The notes below the pieces were generated by a model. It did not search any database and was not told the DNA's origin. It saw nothing but the letters and a program-made list of their open reading frames with translations. A program made the position numbers and the translations under genes. From Octopus vulgaris (lineage: Eukaryota): a stretch of DNA of 64,000 nt. Position 1 is the stretch's first letter. Every line of letters starts with the position of its first letter. Location: NCBI GenBank assembly GCA_951406725.2, contig OX597818.1, forward strand, positions 34,410,001 through 34,474,000, given 5' to 3'. Below, one piece after another: positions 1 through 12,764 of the stretch.

Positions 1-419
1 TTGGAGTGATACCAATAACCATGGTCTAGTGTACCATTTTTTTCCCTTTTTATTTTGAGATTGATCTCTGGATGCTTCAGTTCTCATCATCATCATCATC
101 ACCACGACCATCATCACCATCCGTTTCCTAGTCACCATCATCACTATCGTCGTCGTCGTCGTCATTATACGCAGTCTGCAGGCAGGCGTTAACGCCTGTC
201 GATATGAAATGCTACTGAATCATAGTGTCAGGAGTGAGTTGTCCTCCTCTGTTAGTTTCTGTCCTCAGCTGTTGTGGTTCAACTGCGAGTATCAAAGTCC
301 AATCTTCTCCTGATATGTTAAGCCGTATCCTTGTATCTCAGTTTGGATTTACCTTGATTTCACGTACAACTAGGCAAATATGAAGAGAATACATGTTTTA
401 AACGATGCTGTCCCAGAAC

Positions 420-545
420 AAATCGTGAAACAAATTATAACCTTCACACACTCCCTGGACAAATTCCTTCATGGAATAGCATACAAACCACCGACATCCG
501 GCTACGTTTCGTTCAAAAGCAACTCATTGCTTGATTGGTCTTTGG
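420..545 (+). mobile_element. 3' remnant of a CR1/L2-group LINE ORF2
   Basis: Translation FTHSLDKFLHGIAYKPPTSGYVSFKSNSLLDW matches the typical C-terminal FK..LDKFL..IPD.P..GY....NSLLD pattern of CR1/L2-group LINEs. Confidence 0.55.
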
Positions 546-1236
546 TGTCCTTAGACACGATTCAGGCCAATACAAACCGAAACCTAACGTTTTATATACG
601 TGTGTGTAGATGTATGTGTATGTATGTGTATATCTTAGTGTGTTTGTGCATGTGTACACACATACATAATGCACAAATACGTTTAAATATGTAAATAGTT
701 GCGTGTGTATGTGTGTATGCACGTGAATGTAGCATTTGCCTAAGATATCTGAGAACAAGTAGAGACAGTTGTAACAAAATAAACTCGTAAACAAATCTCA
801 CTGACAAGTTAGTAACTAGAGCCGATATATGCCAAGGGAAACAGTTCCATGGTGCGGTTAAGACTTCTGTTTTATAACTTGTAAAGGAAAATGCTAAATA
901 TGGCACATTTATTAAGGTTCACGACACACCCACACGATTAGCATGTGTTTGACATGACAAATTACCGAAATTTATTTCAATGTTCATAAGAACGTCGGTA
1001 ACCCGAGAATATTCTTCACTCACTTGATTCTTGTTAGTTCTTGTTAGTTAGCTTCTCAGTTTCTTAAATTAAATATCAGAGGAGTTGTAGAGGGTTAAAT
1101 ATATTAGGGTATAGAATGACCGTGTGTCCGTATCTTGTTACCGGTACTCACATTGTAGTCTTTGTCACACGGGCGCACGTACACACATACGCGCGCGCGC
1201 ATCTAATTTCACTGAAAAACCCCTTTTAATTCGAAG

Positions 1237-1385
1237 GCATGGCAGTGTAGTTAAGAAGTTCTCTTCTCAACCATGTGATTCTGGGTTCAGTCCCATTGTG
1301 TCTCCCGCAATGATATCAAGTAGATCAATATCTTGTAAGTGGGACTTTTGCTTGACGAAAATTGTGAGGAAGCCTTTCGTATAAA
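1237..1385 (+). mobile_element. Degraded tRNA-derived SINE head (family A)
   Basis: Diverged match to the full copies at 32795 and 40977 (A-box-like TGGCAGTGTAG, B-box-like GGTTCAGTCCC); followed by (TA)n. Confidence 0.6.
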
Positions 1386-1398
1386 TACTTATAAATAC

Positions 1399-1452
<54 letters not shown>

Positions 1453-1479
1453 ATATTCATCCAATATATATCAGCGAAG

Positions 1480-3525
1480 GATAGACAACAGTGAGAAATC
1501 CGCTAAAACAAGCACTCTTCCAACGATATGCTTTATAGAACTTATTCTACAACAAGTTATAGACACTCGCTTGGCAGTTGTGTCGTCAGATAAAAATCCT
1601 GACACTTGCAACTGTGTTTGTTGCAACGTTGTGTTGAAAAATGCTAACAAATCAATGCTGTTAGCTCATAAAAACACTGCCAAACGCAGGAAAGCTTTTG
1701 ATTGTGCGACATCTGCTATTAAATTAGATCCATTTATTGTTAAAAAAAAACAGGTGATACATTAAATGAAAAAGTAGCTAAGACAGACTTGCTATTAACA
1801 TGTTATGTTGCTGTATATCATGTACCTTTCATCCATATAAATCAGCTGAAATTTGTAAAAATGCCTTTCCCGATAGTGAAATAGCTAAAAATCTACAAAT
1901 GAATAAACAAAATTAACAAACACTAGCACTATGACCCGGCAACGCATATACAGCTGCGTGCGTGCACACATACACGCGAGTACTGTCCAAATCTCTGACC
2001 AATCACATACAGTTAGCTGGCATTCAATTGGCGTATCAAGTTTCGGCATTTTGATTGGGTTTTGGATAGAAAATTTTTTAAAAAGTCACTTCTATTGATT
2101 TTTTAATGGCTTTACGGGGTGACTGGGGGAATGTAAAGATGTGCACGACCACCCTTGGACGGTTTTGAATGACCATAGAAATTGCGAGCCCTCTAACTGA
2201 AAAATTGTGGAGTTGTATAAAGGACACGCACGCAGACATTTTGCCGTTTATATATTGAGAGATTATGCAAGACGGAATGGCACATTATGAACAAAATGAA
2301 GTCTTCATTATCGATACATGAGAGTACGGACATCTCAGTGACACAAACCTTAGCAATAGTTGTTCGCTGTTTTGATGAATAATAGAAGATTGTTCGTCTC
2401 AGGATTTGTATGATACCATCAAGTCTACGCTTACAAAAGAAGATGTATCTATGAGCAACATACTTGGATTTGCCAGCGATAATTACTCAACGATGATGGT
2501 TAACAAGAATTAACAAGGTTTCAAAAGTTATTGAGAAACAATATTCCGACTGTATTTACAATAGGCTGTGTTTGCCATTCGTTTGCTCTTTGTTCAAGTC
2601 ATGCAGTGAATGTTTTACCTTCGTATTTTGAACCCTCTTTAAAGGACTTAACTTTTACTTTTCTCGAAGTAGCAACCATCAAAATGACTTCAATGTGATA
2701 CGAAATGTTGTTGGCACAAAAGAAAACAAGACTCCAAAGCTTTTGCAAACTAGATGGTTGTCGTGTGAAAATGTAATTAACGTTAAAACAGAACAGTGGG
2801 ATGCCCTTGTACTTTATTTTTAGTCAGAGGCTAAAGTAGAAAAAGTGGACGGGGCAAAAAGGATCTATGAAACAATGATTAACAAAGGGACGAAGCACAT
2901 GCTGCTCTTCTTACATTATAGATTAAAGAAAGTAAATGCTCTTGATGTCGAGTTTCAGTCGGAACACTTTTGACTGCATCTGTTGCATATACTTGTATCC
3001 AGTGAATATGAAAATATCCGTAGTTGCTTTATAAAAAGGAATGTTTTGACTGTATCTAGATTATCAGTTATTGATCTTAATAATACAACAAATCATAAAG
3101 ATATGAGTGATATTACCTCGGTGGACGCGTAATGAGATATCTAGAACAAAACCCCTTCGTTTGTGGCTCAGCTCGATTCAAAAGTGATTGCAAAATTTTT
3201 TTTATAGAATTATGTTCTCAAATAAAAATACGCTTTCCTCTCGATGAAGCTGGAGTGTTTGCCCTCTTAGAAATACTTGATACAAAAGTAGCGCGCGATC
3301 TCACTAACTCTCCTCAGTCGATAATTTCCTTGGCATCAAACCTTCCAGCAATTGCACCAGAAAACACACTTGATGAACTAGACGATGAGTGGAGATTATT
3401 TCGGCAGTATAAAGATATTCCTGTTTCCTCAAAAAGCATTCCTGAATTCTGGTATTCCATACGCAATCTTAAAGACGAGTTTGACCGCTCAAAATTTGAG
3501 AGGCTGTCACAATTCATGATTATTT
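1480..3525 (+). pseudogene. Decayed hAT-superfamily transposase
   Basis: Ordered motifs across frames: BED-like CVCC..LLAH (1571-1765), FPDSEIAK (~1866), ESTDIS..LAIVVR (~2320), GFASDN.STMM (~2465), GCVCHSFAL CxxH (~2562), QTRWLS (~2746), and a dimerisation-like LDELDDEW..IPEFW..KFERL region (3132-3525). Many stops and frameshifts. Confidence 0.9.
1923..2262 (-). mobile_element. Non-autonomous Helitron nested in the hAT pseudogene
   Basis: The minus strand reads A|TCTCTCAATATATAAA...CCGGGTCATAGTGCTAG|T: 5' TC, 3' CTAG, inserted between A and T with no TSD. Removing it rejoins the transposase codons KLTN-IMQDG. Confidence 0.8.
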
Positions 3526-3560
3526 CTTTATTTACATATATGTATATGTATTTTTGGGAA

Positions 3561-3700
3561 GACAAAGGGATTAAGTCGATCACATCGACCCCAGTACGTA
3601 ACTGGTACTTTATTTATCGACCCTGAAAGGATGGAAGGGAAAGTCGACCTCGGCGGAATTTGAACTCAGAACGTAGCGTTTCTGCCAGCTCGCCACCTTT
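3561..3700 (-). mobile_element. SINE family B fragment
   Basis: Matches the family B copies at 44460-45052 and 52050-52435 (GAGTTCAAATTCCGCCGAGGTCGACTTT...GGGTCGATAAA..AAGTACCAG). Confidence 0.8.
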
Positions 3701-4051
3701 GCCATATATACAATAATGCGATAGAAGAGCAGATATACTGGGAATCACACAACTGAACAATCAAATTTTTGAATAGATAACCTAACTAACAAACACGTTA
3801 TGACAATGCCAATAGATCTTATCCCAGGTATAATAATAAACAATGGATCAATGGAATGTTGATGCACACACCCGTCTACGCGCACCAGGATATTATTAGA
3901 TATGTGGGTGTGTATTTATGTGTGCGTAGAGAGAGAGGGAGAAATTAGGGGAGGATGGCATCTTAAGTGGAACAAACGGGTGTGTACGTTTACATTCCAT
4001 CACAAGAGATATGTATAGACGCGCGCACACACACATACACACACGCACACA

Positions 4052-4103
<52 letters not shown>

Positions 4104-4233
4104 CACACACACATATATATATATACACTACAGATGACAAAGAGTATTGAGTAATTCTTCAGTTTAATGTTGTTTTTATTACAACACGATGTAAAATCGA
4201 ACACACATATATTTATATATGCATGTATGTGTG

Positions 4234-4286
<53 letters not shown>

Positions 4287-4314
4287 CAAAATAAGCAACA
4301 AGAATGACTCCGGT

Positions 4315-4405
4315 AATTTGGTACGATCGTGTCGTACTACATCATTTTATTAAATGTTGTAAGTATTACAACAGATTTAAGATGCTGAGTACTCATCAGC
4401 CAATT
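4315..4405 (-). ncRNA. Inverted hammerhead copy with GAAA changed to GACA (probably inactive)
   Basis: Reverse complement of 4736-4825 with G at 4331 disrupting the GAAA core. Confidence 0.65.
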
Positions 4406-4735
4406 ATAGAGGTTTTCCATTAATATAAAAATTTTCAAATCAAGTAGCAACATTATAGAGAAGGTAGATACATAGACAAAGATGTGGATTTAAATATTAA
4501 GAACATATGAGGTTGTAGAGTTCACTGACTGACTAAAATCTGGTTGTTCTGACTCCTGTAAGGTTCTGACTGCTGTAACCTTACAGCAGTCAGAACAACC
4601 AGATTTTAGTCAGTCAGTGGACTCTACTACCTCATATGTTCTTAACATTTAAATCCACGTCTTTGTCTATGTATCTACCTTCTCTATAATGTTGCCACTT
4701 GATTTGAAAATTTTATATTAATGGAAAACCTCTAT

Positions 4736-4825
4736 AATTGGCTGATGAGTACTCAGCATTTTAAATCTGTTGTAATACTTACAACATTTAATAAATGATG
4801 TAGTACGAAACGATCGTACCAAATT
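4736..4825 (+). ncRNA. Type I hammerhead ribozyme motif
   Basis: AATTGG-CTGATGA-GTACT...AGTAC-GAAA-CGATCG-TA-CCAAATT: complete core, stem II, palindromic minimal stem III, GUA cleavage triplet and stem I. Confidence 0.8.
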
Positions 4826-5036
4826 ACCGTAGTCATTCTTGTTGCTTATTTTGATTATAATCACCCCACGGATTTTTATGGATAACACCATTCAAAATTC
4901 TGGTGCATCTAAATTAAGTACCATATTCATTTGAATCTAAATTTTTGCTGAACTTATATATATATATACATACATACATACATACATACTTACATATACA
5001 TATATATATGTGTGTGTATGTATATATATATATAAG

Positions 5037-6270
5037 GCAAATAAGAAAATTGAGAGGATAATCAATCGACAAACATCAGACTGTAGACATTCATTTAGAT
5101 CTATTTATTAATTGATTACAGTCATATGTATAACTAATAAAAATAAACAAATGAAATAAGCAAATAAACAAGTAAATAAATCAATAAAAATAAATAAATG
5201 AATAAATTAGTGAAAAAATACTAAACTTTACAGCTGTTTCTACTATGGGGTTGTCCAATCTGCCAAGTTTTCCATATCATACCAGTAATATACAAGGATT
5301 GTACAAAGGTTGAACAAACATTGGACAAGAGTTGGACAATGATTGAGCCCCAAAGCTTCATCAGAGAGACCATAATGTTAGGAATCTAATATGTAAGGAA
5401 GTGAAATAAAATAATAAAATAAAATAAAATAAAATAATAGAAATAGTAAGGAATGGTAAAAACGTCAATTCCAAGGTGATATCCATAAGCTATGGGATTA
5501 CATCTTATGGTAAATCCATAAGATGTAATCTTATGGATTCTTTAAATCATACACAGATGCTGAGGCTAAAATTTTCCAATGAAGGTCATAAATAATATTC
5601 TTATCTTTAAGGTCCCATATATAATTACTTAAACCAATGGAATTCCCCCTATTTCTGTTTCTGAAGATATATACAGATGGTAATTCAGTATATGTTTCAT
5701 ATGATTTTGGGTGGTCCCCACGTATACCTTATTACTCGATTGAGTATTTACTACATATTGGTAAACTATTTCTTTTTTTGCAATTATTACTAAAGACATA
5801 ATTGTTACTATTTCTACAATTACAAAGTCTATCCTGTTGTACGGGATCCTCAAATATTTTCTTTTATTTTCTCTTCTTTGTTTGGTATTTTATTGATAGA
5901 TTTAACGGACCTGAATAACGCCATTGTTTTCAAATATTAGCGGACCAATTAAGTTATAGGATTAACTTTGGCCTCACCCTACTCACCATAGGAGTATTAG
6001 GACAAGTTTTGTTTTGTTAATAAGTAATAACAGCGCACTTAATTGTTACCTAAATTATTTCTTCACTGATATGGTTATATATTGATTTCCCCAAATAAGT
6101 TCACATTAAGTTAACCTTGTTAATTCTATGATACCCTATTACATAGCCGTTAGCTTTTAACTTTTCACCCCTGTGATATAGACCATCCCATTAACCCCAC
6201 TCCACTACGTCCTACTCTTGTTATATCCCCCAGTAAATTGAAATAAGATGTAATTCTCATAACCTTTGGA
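5037..6270 (-). mobile_element. Penelope-like retroelement remnant (GIY-YIG endonuclease, Naiad-like) with 3' region
   Basis: The minus strand encodes CNCRN...IVYQ.VV..KVYVGTT.N...LSNYIWDLKD..I...WKIL over 5540-5830 (frameshifted); a hammerhead-like motif follows downstream. Confidence 0.75.
5226..5368 (-). ncRNA. Hammerhead-like motif with long stem II insertion
   Basis: Minus strand CTGATGA-AGCTTTGGGG...CCCCATAGTA-GAAA-CAGCTG-TA; palindromic stem III; stem I is weak. Confidence 0.55.
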
Positions 6271-6277
6271 GATTACA

Positions 6278-6381
6278 GTGGAGGTGCAATGGCCCAGTGG
6301 TTAGGACAGCGGACTCGCGGTCGGAGGATCGCGGTTTCGATTCCCAGACCGGGTGTTATGTGTGTTTATTGAGCGAAAACA
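6278..6381 (+). mobile_element. SINE family C tRNA-like head
   Basis: GTGGAGGTGCAATGGCCCAGTGGTTAGG...GGTTTCGATTCCC with A/B boxes; homologous to 8380-8792 and 54105-54409. Confidence 0.75.
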
Positions 6382-6705
6382 AATCGACCCCAGGACTTAT
6401 TCTTTGTAAGCCTAGTACTTATTCTATCGGTCACTTTTTGCCGAACCGCTAAGTTACGGGGACGTAAACACACCAGCATCGGTTATCAAGCGATGTTGGA
6501 GGGACAAACACAGACACACAGACATATACACACACATACATATATACGACGGGCTTCCTTCAGTTTCCATCAACCAAATCCACTCACAAGGCTTTGGTCG
6601 GCCTGAGGCTATAGTAGAAAACACTTGCCCAAGGTGCCACGCAATGGGACAGAACCCGGAACCATGTGGTTGGTAAGCAAGCTACTTACCACACAGCCAC
6701 TCCTG
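6382..6705 (-). mobile_element. SINE family A
   Basis: Reverse complement of the family A sequence, with an internal (TG/TA) microsatellite. Confidence 0.85.
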
Positions 6706-7261
6706 TGTGTGTGTATTTATGTTTGTGCCCACCCACATCGTTTGTCGACCAGTTCTGGTTCGTTTATACCCCTCTAATTTAGCCGTTCGGCAAAAAAGAC
6801 CAACTGAATAACTAACAGACTTTGAAAAATAGTAAAAATAGTACTGGTGCTGATTTCTTCGACTAAACCCTACAAGGCAGTGCTCCAGCGTGGCTACAGT
6901 CCTATGACTAACACGAAAGAAAAGTAGTTAAAGGGTGTATTGCATGCCAGTCGAAAACTAGAAAAATTTATGTCTATTTTGCGAATAACTAACGAGAATC
7001 CTTCTAAATGCTCCTTAAACATTCATGGAGATGTCTAACTTTTAACGAAGTTTCCTCACCAATGAATCTGTGTATAGTAAGAGTAAGATGTGTGTCTGGC
7101 TACAACATCAATTTAACACTGGAAGCCTTACTTTTTATCTATCATCAAATATTGAGAAACGCATCAGAGTTTCAGAAAAAAAATCTTGACATCAAACGCA
7201 GTAATCAGACGCATGGCCATCTCTTCAGTTTTATCTAGACATATTTGCGTATACGCACGCA

Positions 7262-7352
7262 CCACACATACATACATGCATACATACATACATACATACA
7301 TACATACATACATACATACGTACGTACATACATACATACATACATACATACA

Positions 7353-7385
<33 letters not shown>

Positions 7386-7915
7386 GCATACATACATACA
7401 TGCATACATACATACATACGTACATACATACATACCTGCATACATACATACATACACACTCACACGCACACACATGCGTGCACACACACTTAGAAACATA
7501 CATATATATATATACACATATACATATGTACACATACAAATATATGTGGGTTACCTATATATGTAACAAATTGTGTGTGTTAGCGAGTGAGTGAGTGTGT
7601 GTGAGTGTGTGTGGGTGGGTGTGCATGTATGCATGTATGTATGTTTGTATTTATGTATTTATGTATGTATGCATGTATGTATGTATGCATGTATGTATGT
7701 ATGTATGTATTCATGGATGTATGTATGCATGTATGTATGCATGTACGTACGTACGTACGTATGTATGTATGTATGTATGTATGTATGTATGTATGTATGT
7801 ATGTATGTATGTATGTATGTATGTATGTATGTATGTATGTATGTATGTATGTATGTATGTATGTATGTATGTATGTGTGTGTGTATGTATGCATGTATGT
7901 ATGTATGTATACATC
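7262..7915. repeat. (CATA)n tract followed by an opposing (ATGT)n tract
   Basis: Directly visible tetranucleotide repeats. Confidence 0.95.
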
Positions 7916-8379
7916 TACACATCTATATGTGTATACCTGTGCCTTGCGCGCGTAGATGTCTATTTATATATGCATGCTTTGTTGAAAACTGTATTGCTTG
8001 AAATACTTTCACAGCACCTTGTATATGTAAATAATGATTTCTACCCTGGCAGAAGATCAAATATTTGTAAGGGAGCCGCATAATCGCTTGAAACTACTTG
8101 TGTGGTATTTATTTTATCAACCATGAAATGATGAAAGGCAAGTTCGTTCCACCTTCACTTAAAAGCAGGATGTACAGGGCCGTGATATCGAATATTGTTG
8201 GACATTTGCAGACCTCCCTAAGGCGCTTCGATCATTTCACTAATTTTGTCTTTGTTGTAGCTGTTTTTGTTGTTATTGTCGTTGATGTTGATATTGTTAC
8301 TGCTGCTGTTGTTGTTGTTGTTGTTCTTCTTCTTCCAATCAGGTCTCACGCCATTAGCCACAAAGAATAATCATTAATT

Positions 8380-8792
8380 CAAGCATATTCTAAGCTACTA
8401 AGAATGCATGTGGTAACTTGAAGATCCACCCACCACACGCGATAGACTGGCGGTTGCACGGGTGCTAAAGCTACGTTATTATCCTTATTCCGTAAACGGT
8501 GGCTTTTAACGGGTGGGGAGCTGAACCATCCTGGTGGTACAGAGGAATCGAAATCTAGACGAGAGTCTGAAAGTTTACCACACCATAGTGGGTTACACCA
8601 TGATTCCTCTGCTTTGAGGAAGAAGTAGGAAGAAAGAGTGAGAGAAAGCTGTGGTGAAAGAGTACGCCGGAGCCTCGTGGAGCTTAGGTGTTTTTGCTCA
8701 ATAAACACTCACAATTCCTGGTCTGGGAATCGAAACCGCGTTTTTAAGACCGCAAGTCTGCTGCTCTAACCACTGGGCCATTGCGCCTCCAC
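8380..8792 (-). mobile_element. SINE family C
   Basis: tRNA-like head at 8710-8792 on the minus strand plus a body shared with other family C copies. Confidence 0.7.
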
Positions 8793-8828
8793 TGTTGTTG
8801 GTGTTTGTTGTTGTTGTTGTCGTTGTCG

Positions 8829-8871
<43 letters not shown>

Positions 8872-9369
8872 CCCGATTGAGTAAGTCTATCATCAAGGTA
8901 TTCCAACTATGACCATCTCATCTATTCGATATCCATGGTTATATTTTCCAGTGTGTCCATCCTTTTGTTAAAGAATGCGATGCAGGATTTGATGGGAATT
9001 TGCGTACTTTTGGGGGGGTGGGGGCGTTGTTTTTTTCTAGCCTTTCGAGTAACCGGAGAGAAAAAGGACTCCTCGATTGTTGTTAAAGCTATGAATTTGT
9101 AACAAGCAGAATTGCTAATTAATTCGACCTCTTAACACTGTTAATTTAAACACTGTGTAGAAAGTTCACTTCATCTCCTCTCGGTACCATTTGAAACCAG
9201 AACAGTGGTTCCGAATCTATTCTAACTCAGCAGCCTCTTTCGCTGATGGAGTTTTGCAAATGGTTCTCTCATATTTTGTCAGAAGAAACAAAATGTAGAA
9301 TATTTTAATAAAAAAAAGGCTAATTTTTCCCAGTGCTACATTATCAATACTTCCTTGTGTCAATGTGAA

Positions 9370-9697
9370 GGATCATGGCTCAGTGGTTAGGGTACCAGGC
9401 TTACAATCGTCAGGTTGTGAGTTCGATTTCTGGATCGAGCCGTGTGTTGTGTTCCTGAGCAAGACACTTTATTTCACGTTGCTCCAGTTTACTCAGCTGC
9501 AGAAATGAGTTGCGACGTCACTGCATCGGCCTTTGCTTTTCCCTTGGATAACATCGGTGGCGTGGAGAGAGGAGCCTGGTATGCATGGGCGACTACTGTT
9601 CTTCCATAAACAACCTTGCCCGGACTTACGCCGCGGAATATAACTATCTTGCTGCAATACTATGGTCATTCATGACCGAAGGGGGTCTTTACCCTTA
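9370..9697 (+). mobile_element. tRNA-derived SINE (family D)
   Basis: TGGCTCAGTGGTTAG A box, GAGTTCGATTTC B box and CTGAGCAAGACACTT central motif; related heads at 19505-19755 and 35545-35860. Confidence 0.7.
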
Positions 9698-10052
9698 TAT
9701 CAGTACTTTTTTATATTGTCCCATAGAGCATATTCCCCCTTTTTAGATATTACAGAGAGCGAGTTTTGGGTTGTTTTTTTGTTTTGATATTTTTCTTTAA
9801 GCCCTAGAACTCATAAACCCGGTAACCCGGTAACCCGGTTCCTATGGCGTATAAGTGGCCGAGATCACAACAATTCTTTTGAACGGAATGCCGACCCATT
9901 GCAGGGTTCGAGGTCGGCAATTTTTGAAGGTAGGGAACAAATCGATAACGTCGACTATGACTGCGTTCCTTTATGAGCTTACAACGCCCTTTAGAGGGAC
10001 GACCAGCCGTGTTACGTACTACTTACTTCTACACCTACCCACTAGATGGTTA

Positions 10053-10574
10053 CCGTAAATCCTCGAGTATAAGCCGCATTTTTTCCCCAAAATTCAAAGG
10101 TCAAAATCCCTAGTGCGTACTATATACGAGGTTAAAAATGAAAAATATTTTCTAAGCAATGTCCGAGTCTCTATTTGCTGTCCAGCAATATTTATTCAGG
10201 TGCATTTTGGGATGCCGGGCGTGAAAATACCTTAAGCTAAGCCTGAAAGCAATGAAGTCATAAAAGAATCATCCATAACTTGCAGTAAGCAACATTTATT
10301 AAAATAAAAGTATTCAGAACACAGAATAACATGTAACAAAAACAATTTGCAAGCATATTTACATTCCCATATAACAGTTAAGAACATTACCATTATTGAA
10401 TTAAACATGCGCGGAAGTGTTTGTTCGACTAGGTGCTGCTGGCTTAATTACGCAGGATTCAAGTTAGAGAAGGGGTGTGTATTATACGCAAGGTTTAGGT
10501 TTTTCAGAAGTACAGCCCCCTAAAAATCTCCTGCGCATTATACTTAAGAGCGGACTATACTCGAGGATTTACGG
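10053..10574. mobile_element. pogo/Tigger-type MITE
   Basis: TIRs CCGTAAATCCTCGAGTATA / TATACTCGAGGATTTACGG, preceded by TA; non-coding interior. Confidence 0.85.
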
Positions 10575-11139
10575 TTGTAAATACTACTACAGATGAGCCA
10601 GCGAGCGAGTTTCAACGTGATTTTTTGATCTGCTAAAAGTTGCGGCCATATCACCAGAATAAACATCCTAAAGTCTTTAAATTAAGTCACATTCGCCAAT
10701 GCAGTCCTAAATATACTATATGTCAAAGTAAGATATGATGTTGATGTCTAGAAAAACTACGACCGCTGGACGGCTTGATCAGCAATAATATGGGCCCATG
10801 TAACGAGCGAACGAAGGAGACTTTCCGTGGCCATACGAATTGCCAGAAATAGAAATCAAATCTCCTTAAAATCACGTGCTAACTTCTCAAAACATGATGG
10901 TGATGTACTTTTGGATAACTTAATCCTACATAGTCTCTCTGAAAAAAAAAAGACCGGATGGTTGTTGATGTAGCATTTTTAATAATAGGCCTGCTCAATC
11001 GGAGCTGGTCGGGGGCTAAAACATTTGGCAAGGACATCTGCAACATCACGTTAACACGCACTCGCACGCACACGCACGCACACATACACACACACGAACA
11101 AACAGACACACGTACAGCACACTCTCACACAAATACACA

Positions 11140-11164
11140 CATATGTATAAACACATGTATATAC

Positions 11165-11226
<62 letters not shown>

Positions 11227-11370
11227 ATACACAACACACACATATATATATGTATATATATATACACACATATATATGTGTATATATATATGTATGTATA
11301 TATATATGAATATATATATATGAATATATATATATGAATATATATATGTAAATATATATATGTGTATACA

Positions 11371-11419
<49 letters not shown>

Positions 11420-11535
11420 GTATATGTATATATATGTATATATATATGTATATACATGTATATATATATATGTATATATATATATATGTATATGTATATA
11501 TATGTATATATATATATACATATATATACATATAC

Positions 11536-11566
<31 letters not shown>

Positions 11567-11632
11567 CATGTATATATATACATGTATATATATACATGTA
11601 TATACATATATATATATACATGTATATACATG

Positions 11633-11692
<60 letters not shown>

Positions 11693-11711
11693 TATAATAT
11701 ACATATATATA

Positions 11712-11772
<61 letters not shown>

Positions 11773-11795
11773 GTATGTATATGTATATATATATA
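11140..11795. repeat. Compound (TG)n/(TA)n microsatellite
   Basis: Directly visible. Confidence 0.95.
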
Positions 11796-12099
11796 ACGGA
11801 TACAACTGTAACATATATCAGAAACGAGCAAAGTTCAATCATATAATAGAATCAACTGTTAGTTTACAAAGGTTTACAGTGACAGGCTGTTTCGTGCATT
11901 ACGTACTGATTGCAGAAACAGTCTTTCGTCCTAAAGCATTGCAAAGTAACATTTTATTAAATTACACACACACACAAACATACAAGCATAATGCACACCT
12001 ACATATGTACATGTATAAGATATAATATAAATACATGAATACCAGACCGAGTCAAACGTTTTTTCGGGTTTTCACTGATGATTTTGGCAAATTGTATAC

Positions 12100-12640
12100 T
12101 CTTTTTACTTTTTTACTTGTTTCAGTCATTTGGCTGCGGCCATGGTGGAGCACCGCCTTTAGTCGAGCAAATCGACCCCCAGGACTTATTCTTTGTAAGC
12201 CTAGTACTTATTCTATCATGTGTGTGTACTCTTCTACTCTTCTACTTGTTTCAGTAATTTGGCTGCGGCCATGCTGGAGCACCGCCTTTAGTCGAGCAAA
12301 TCGACCCCCAGAACTTATTCTTTGTAGGCCTAGTACTTATTTTATCGGTCTCTTTTTGCCGAACCGCTAAGTTACGGGGACGTAAACACACCAGCATCGG
12401 TTGTCAAGTGATGTTGGTGGGGAAAAACACAGGCACACAAACACACACACACACACATACATATATATACACATATATACGACGGGCTTCTTTCAGTTTT
12501 CTCTACCAAATTCACTCACAAAGCTTTGGTCGGCCCGAGGCTATAGTAGAAGACACTTGCCCAAGGTGCCACGCAGTGGGACTGAACCCGGAACCATGTG
12601 GTTCGTAATCAAGCTACTTACTACACAGCCACTCCTACGC
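12100..12640 (-). mobile_element. SINE family A with duplicated 3' end
   Basis: The 3' segment occurs twice (12100-12217 and 12230-12350), followed by the rest of the body and head. Confidence 0.85.
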
Positions 12641-12764
12641 TTTTCTTCATGTTATATCATTAATTTGATAAAAAATTGCAGTCAAATCGTAGCTGAATTG
12701 TTAATTTTTTATCTTCATATATAATATATAAACTTTAGTTATTTTTTATTTTACAGCCTTAATA

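Larger units (their letters stand above)
4284..4856. repeat. ~280-bp-arm fold-back inverted repeat (PLE inverted pseudo-LTR type)
   Basis: Arms 4284-4565 and 4577-4856 are reverse complements with about ten differences by eye; 11-nt spacer; (TA)n lies immediately left and about 100 nt to the right. Confidence 0.95.

Noticed and set aside
6278-6355. tRNA gene (also 9370, 19680-19755, 35790-35860, 54335-54409)
   Set aside because: A/B boxes are present, but each continues into a SINE body and has no clean cloverleaf.
7164-8083. Long ORFs of YIHT/MYVC repeats (also at 11.0-12.0, 15.0-15.8, 34.7-35.8, 42.3-43.1 and 46.5-47.1 kb)
   Set aside because: Translations of stop-free microsatellites; no coding complexity.
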